This document shows positions 60,926-64,000 of a stretch of DNA of 64,000 nucleotides, one piece after another. This stretch comes from Basidiobolus meristosporus CBS 931.73 (Eukaryota > Fungi > Basidiobolomycota), in assembly GCA_002104905.1 (NCBI GenBank), contig MCFE01000501.1, forward strand, positions 1,914 through 65,913, read 5' to 3'. How positions within the stretch are numbered: position 1 is the first letter of the stretch; each line of letters opens with the position of its first letter. Under the pieces are notes generated by a model. It was not told where the DNA came from and ran no database searches. It saw only the letters and a list, made by a program, of their open reading frames with translations. The translations under genes and the position numbers were made by a program.

Positions 60926-61449
60926 TTAGGGGGAGGAAAGTCACCAAGTGGTGAAATCTTTATTTACTTATGACAAGTATCTAAAGAAGCCAAGTTAATC
61001 TGAAGTAATTCCTAGAAAGCTAGGTCTGAGAGATATCTTCCTGGTAAGCCAGGTCTGAGAGTTGAGAATCTGAGTGGTACTATATTTCCTAGTTAGCTAG
61101 GTCTGAGAGTGGTTTCCTGGAAAGCCAGGCCTGAGAAGTGAGAATCTGAATATATCTGAGCTAAGTTATACTGGTTTGCGGTAGCTGAATTGTGGCCGGA
61201 ATGGCCAGTAGACTGGGGGAACTGAGATGTATTTCTGGGCGATCACTGGCCAAATTTACTAGGCAAATCTGGCCATTAGCATTTCAAGGATTTCAGCCAA
61301 TCAGAGCCTTTACTTTGCCCGATGGTTGATCAAGCCATCTCCCAATGAGCACACATCAATTTATTAATCAAATTTTGCTGGATCCAGGATTTGAACCCAC
61401 AACCCTGGGTATGGAAGGGTTAGGGATAACCACAAGGCTAAGTGTTCTT
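60926..61449 (-). mobile_element. Telomeric tRNA-derived SINE, copy 1 (apparently full length, ~525 bp)
   Basis: A-box TAGCCTTGTGG (61440-61430) and B-box GGTTCAAATCC (61397-61387), 32 nt apart. Non-coding, with the shared 3' module and no T4 terminator on the transcribed strand. Confidence 0.75.
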
Positions 61450-61463
61450 GGTTAGGGTTAGGG

Positions 61464-61719
61464 TTAGGGGGAGGAAAGTCACCAAGTGGTGAAATCTTTA
61501 TTTACTTATGACAAGTATCTAAAGAAGCCAAGTTAATCTGAAGTTATTCCTAGAAAGCTAGGTCTGAGAGATATCTTCCTGGTAAGCCAGGTCTGAGAGT
61601 TGAGAAGCTGAGTGGTACTATATTTCCTAGTTAGCTAGGTCTGGGAGAGGTTTCCTGGAAAGCCAGGCCTGAGAAGTGAGAATCTGAATATATCTGAGCT
61701 AAGTTATACTGGTTTGCGG
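61464..61719 (-). mobile_element. Telomeric SINE copy 2 (5'-truncated)
   Basis: Near-identical to 60926-61181 and preceded by two full TTAGGG units. Confidence 0.9.
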
Positions 61720-63702
61720 TTAGGGGGGGAGACAGTCACCAACAGGTGAAATCTTTATTTTAGTTGAAACAAAGAAGCCAGCGCTACTGTTGTAGCTTTG
61801 ATACAAGAGTGTGTAGCTGAGGGGAATTTGTAGGTAAGTTAATAAGAAGTGATGATAGTTCTTCAGTGCTCAAGACACTGTTCAGTGGGAAGGGGGGTAG
61901 CAAGAGAGGTAAGAATGACTTGTGAACAACATTAATGAGGGGAATGTGATAAGGATTGATATTCATCATAAAGGGAGTGTGCTGCTGCAGATATTGCTGC
62001 CAAAGGTCTGTCAAGTACTTCAGGTAGGCCAGCTTGGGTTTTTCTGACTGCAGAATATAGTGAGCAAACTTCTTGACTTCAGGATCTCCAAGTATAGTTC
62101 TCCAGCAGGAGCCAGGTGTAGTGTGGTGTGTTCTCTTCCAGGCCTTAATCAGTGGGTTGTTGCAGTTGTGAAGTCTGAGGTATAATCTGGTTCTAAGGTA
62201 GAGAAGTCTGATCTTATAGGGCATAAACCCAAAAGCACCAAGAATAGCATGTCTGTAGGGGCATTCAGGCAAATGAGGCACCAAGGAGGTAATGCACCAT
62301 ACTGCAAACTTGTCAAGCTTAGTGCAGTCTCTAGAAGTAAGAGAGAGAAGTGGTAAGCCAAATTCCAGGACAGGGAAGACAAACTGCTTGAGTAGAAGGA
62401 GGCAGCTGGGAGCTGAAGTTGTAGGAGGAGTAACAGCCAGTAGCTTGTGGAGTGCCTGTCTTGCTAGGATAATTCTCTTCTTCAGGTGTGCTCCAGAGTC
62501 TAGTCCAGTAGGAAGGAAAGGAAAGCCAAGATATGTAGCAGAAACCTGAGCAGGTAGAGTGGAGTTCTCCAAGTTGATGGGAGAGCCCAAAGGTACTGTC
62601 TTTGCAATGGAAAGCTGGAGATTATTCTTCTGCAGATACTGGTGGATGGTCTGGGAGTCTTGTTGCACATTGGAGGAGGATATTCTGATGTCATCAGCAA
62701 AGAGAGTAACCAGGCAGTCAGCTGAGAATCTTGGGAAATCATTCAGGAAGATGGCAAACAGTATAGGACCAAGCACAGAGCCTTGAACTACTCCATTAGG
62801 AACTGAGAACACAGCTGATTGCTCACTTGGGTGCAGAATTCTTGCTTGTGGATCCAGAAACAGAGACCTGACAAGGAGGGTGAGAGAGGTACTGGAGAAG
62901 CATTGCAACTTGGACCAAAGCAGATTTCTGTCAACTGAATCAAAGGCCTTGGTAATATCAAACAGAACAGAGGGATACTTGCACTGGAGAGAGTGATCTT
63001 GGCTAAGTATGGCTGCATATTCCAAGGAGAGGCCAGGAACAAAGCCAAACTGTGCATGATGAAACTTGAGAGAGTCAGAGTAGAGCTCCTGAGCAAGCAG
63101 AAGCTCAAACACCTTTCTGCAGGTGGGCAGCAGAGATATTGGCCTGTAGGAGCTAGGATCCAGGTGCTTTCCTTTACCCTTGTACAGTGGCAGAACATTT
63201 GCAAAGGACCATTCCTCAGGAGTAGAAAGCTGGGCTGAGCATTGCTGAAACAGTGGAAGCAGAAGTGCAGACATGGCCTTGGTACTAGTCTTCAGAAGCT
63301 CATAAAAGATTGTGTCCACACCTGGAGCAGTAGAGTTGGGAAGCCTCTTGAGCACATTATGGATTCTCCTTTGATCAAGTGCAAGTGGGATGGGCAGAGT
63401 CTTGAAGTCAGGATGAAAGCCAGGAGTTGAATACTGCTTTGTAGAGAAGAAGATGTTAGCCAGCTGTTCTGTTGAAGGTAACTTCCTGGAAGAGGGCCTC
63501 ATTGCCCTGTAGAGTCTTGATACTGTTCTTGTTGTAGAGTTGGAAGATTGCAGAGGCAAAGAACTCATAATATGATCCCAGAGCTGAGTATGCAGAGTGT
63601 GGTGAATTGCCTTGGAGTGGTGTATTGCTGTCAGGAGGAGTTTCTCTGTTTTTGGGTTAGGGAAACTCAGGTAGCTTTGTTGCAGGGCTGAAACAATGGA
63701 TT
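61720..63702 (-). mobile_element. Telomeric LINE copy 3 (5'-truncated, RT frame uninterrupted)
   Basis: Open frame of about 640 codons to the stop at 61784; nearly identical to copy 2. Confidence 0.93.
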
Positions 63703-63805
63703 TAGGGGGGGAGACAGTCACCAACAGGTGAAATCTTTATTTCAGTTGAAACAAAGAAGCCAGCGCTACTGTTGTTAGGGTTAGGGTAGGGGGGGAGGAA
63801 AGTCA
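63702..63805 (-). mobile_element. 3' stubs: 73-bp LINE stub (63702-63774), 2x TTAGGG, and 19-bp SINE-type stub (63787-63805)
   Basis: Exact matches to the 3' termini of the LINE and the SINE. Confidence 0.85.
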
Positions 63806-63969
63806 GGGTTAGGGTTAGGGTTAGGGTTAGGTTAGGGTTAGGGTTAGGGTTAGGGTTAGGGTTAGGGTTAGGGTTAGGGTTAGGGTTAGGGTTAGGGTTA
63901 GGGTTAGGGTTAGGGTTAGGGTTAGGGTTAGGGTTAGGGTTAGGGTTAGGGTTAGGGTTAGGGTTAGGG

Positions 63970-64000
<31 letters not shown>
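63806..64000 (+). repeat. Telomeric (TTAGGG)n array, about 32 units
   Basis: The G-rich strand runs 5'->3' toward the window end. One TTAGG variant (63827) and one TTTAGGG variant (63988). Confidence 0.98.

Noticed and set aside
61011-61140. Hammerhead ribozyme or CRISPR-like array in the SINE repeats
   Set aside because: CTGAGAG does not match CUGANGA with a correctly placed GAAA. The spacers are themselves duplicated and no cas genes are present.
61375-61449. Functional tRNA gene
   Set aside because: The acceptor and anticodon stems do not pair; only the promoter boxes are tRNA-like.
56694-63702. Penelope-like (Athena/Coprina) identity for the telomeric RT
   Set aside because: An APE endonuclease (YLPP, GDLN, SDH) precedes a LINE-type RT with QGSVLGP and FADD.
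61784-63724. MVTVSPPK... as the true start of the 646-aa RT ORF
   Set aside because: The first codons come from the adjacent 3' stub across a truncation junction.

Overview
This is the right-hand end of a eukaryotic chromosome, ending in (TTAGGG)n. It is probably from an early-diverging fungus: short GT-AG introns and bacterial-type secreted genes would fit something like Basidiobolus, but that is inference. There are three compartments. (1) 1-~25.3 kb is an almost CpG-free block of nested, decayed transposons: at least three Ty3/gypsy elements, solo LTRs, copia LTRs and a CACTA transposase. (2) ~25.7-55.7 kb is a CpG-normal gene island: secreted amidase_2-SH3b, 4x Kunitz inhibitor, stand-alone receiver domain, NPL4, MBOAT_2/wax-synthase-like, RPL35A/eL33, BMT6-like, Rom2-like RhoGEF, TGL-type patatin lipase, an acidic protein, a catalytically dead trypsin and a double-RING protein. 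(3) 56.2-64 kb is a copia element broken off in gag and capped by a head-to-tail array of telomere-associated retroelements, then the telomere. The array is the standout. It holds an APE-RT non-LTR element, a separate ORF-only partner element and a highly structured tRNA-derived SINE. All point their 5' ends toward the telomere, are interleaved with TTAGGG units, and end in the same 3' module (GGCTTCTTT box, AATAAAGATT, TCACC/GGTGA stem-loop, C-rich ...CCCCCTAA tail complementary to the telomeric G strand). All alignments and counts were made by eye.
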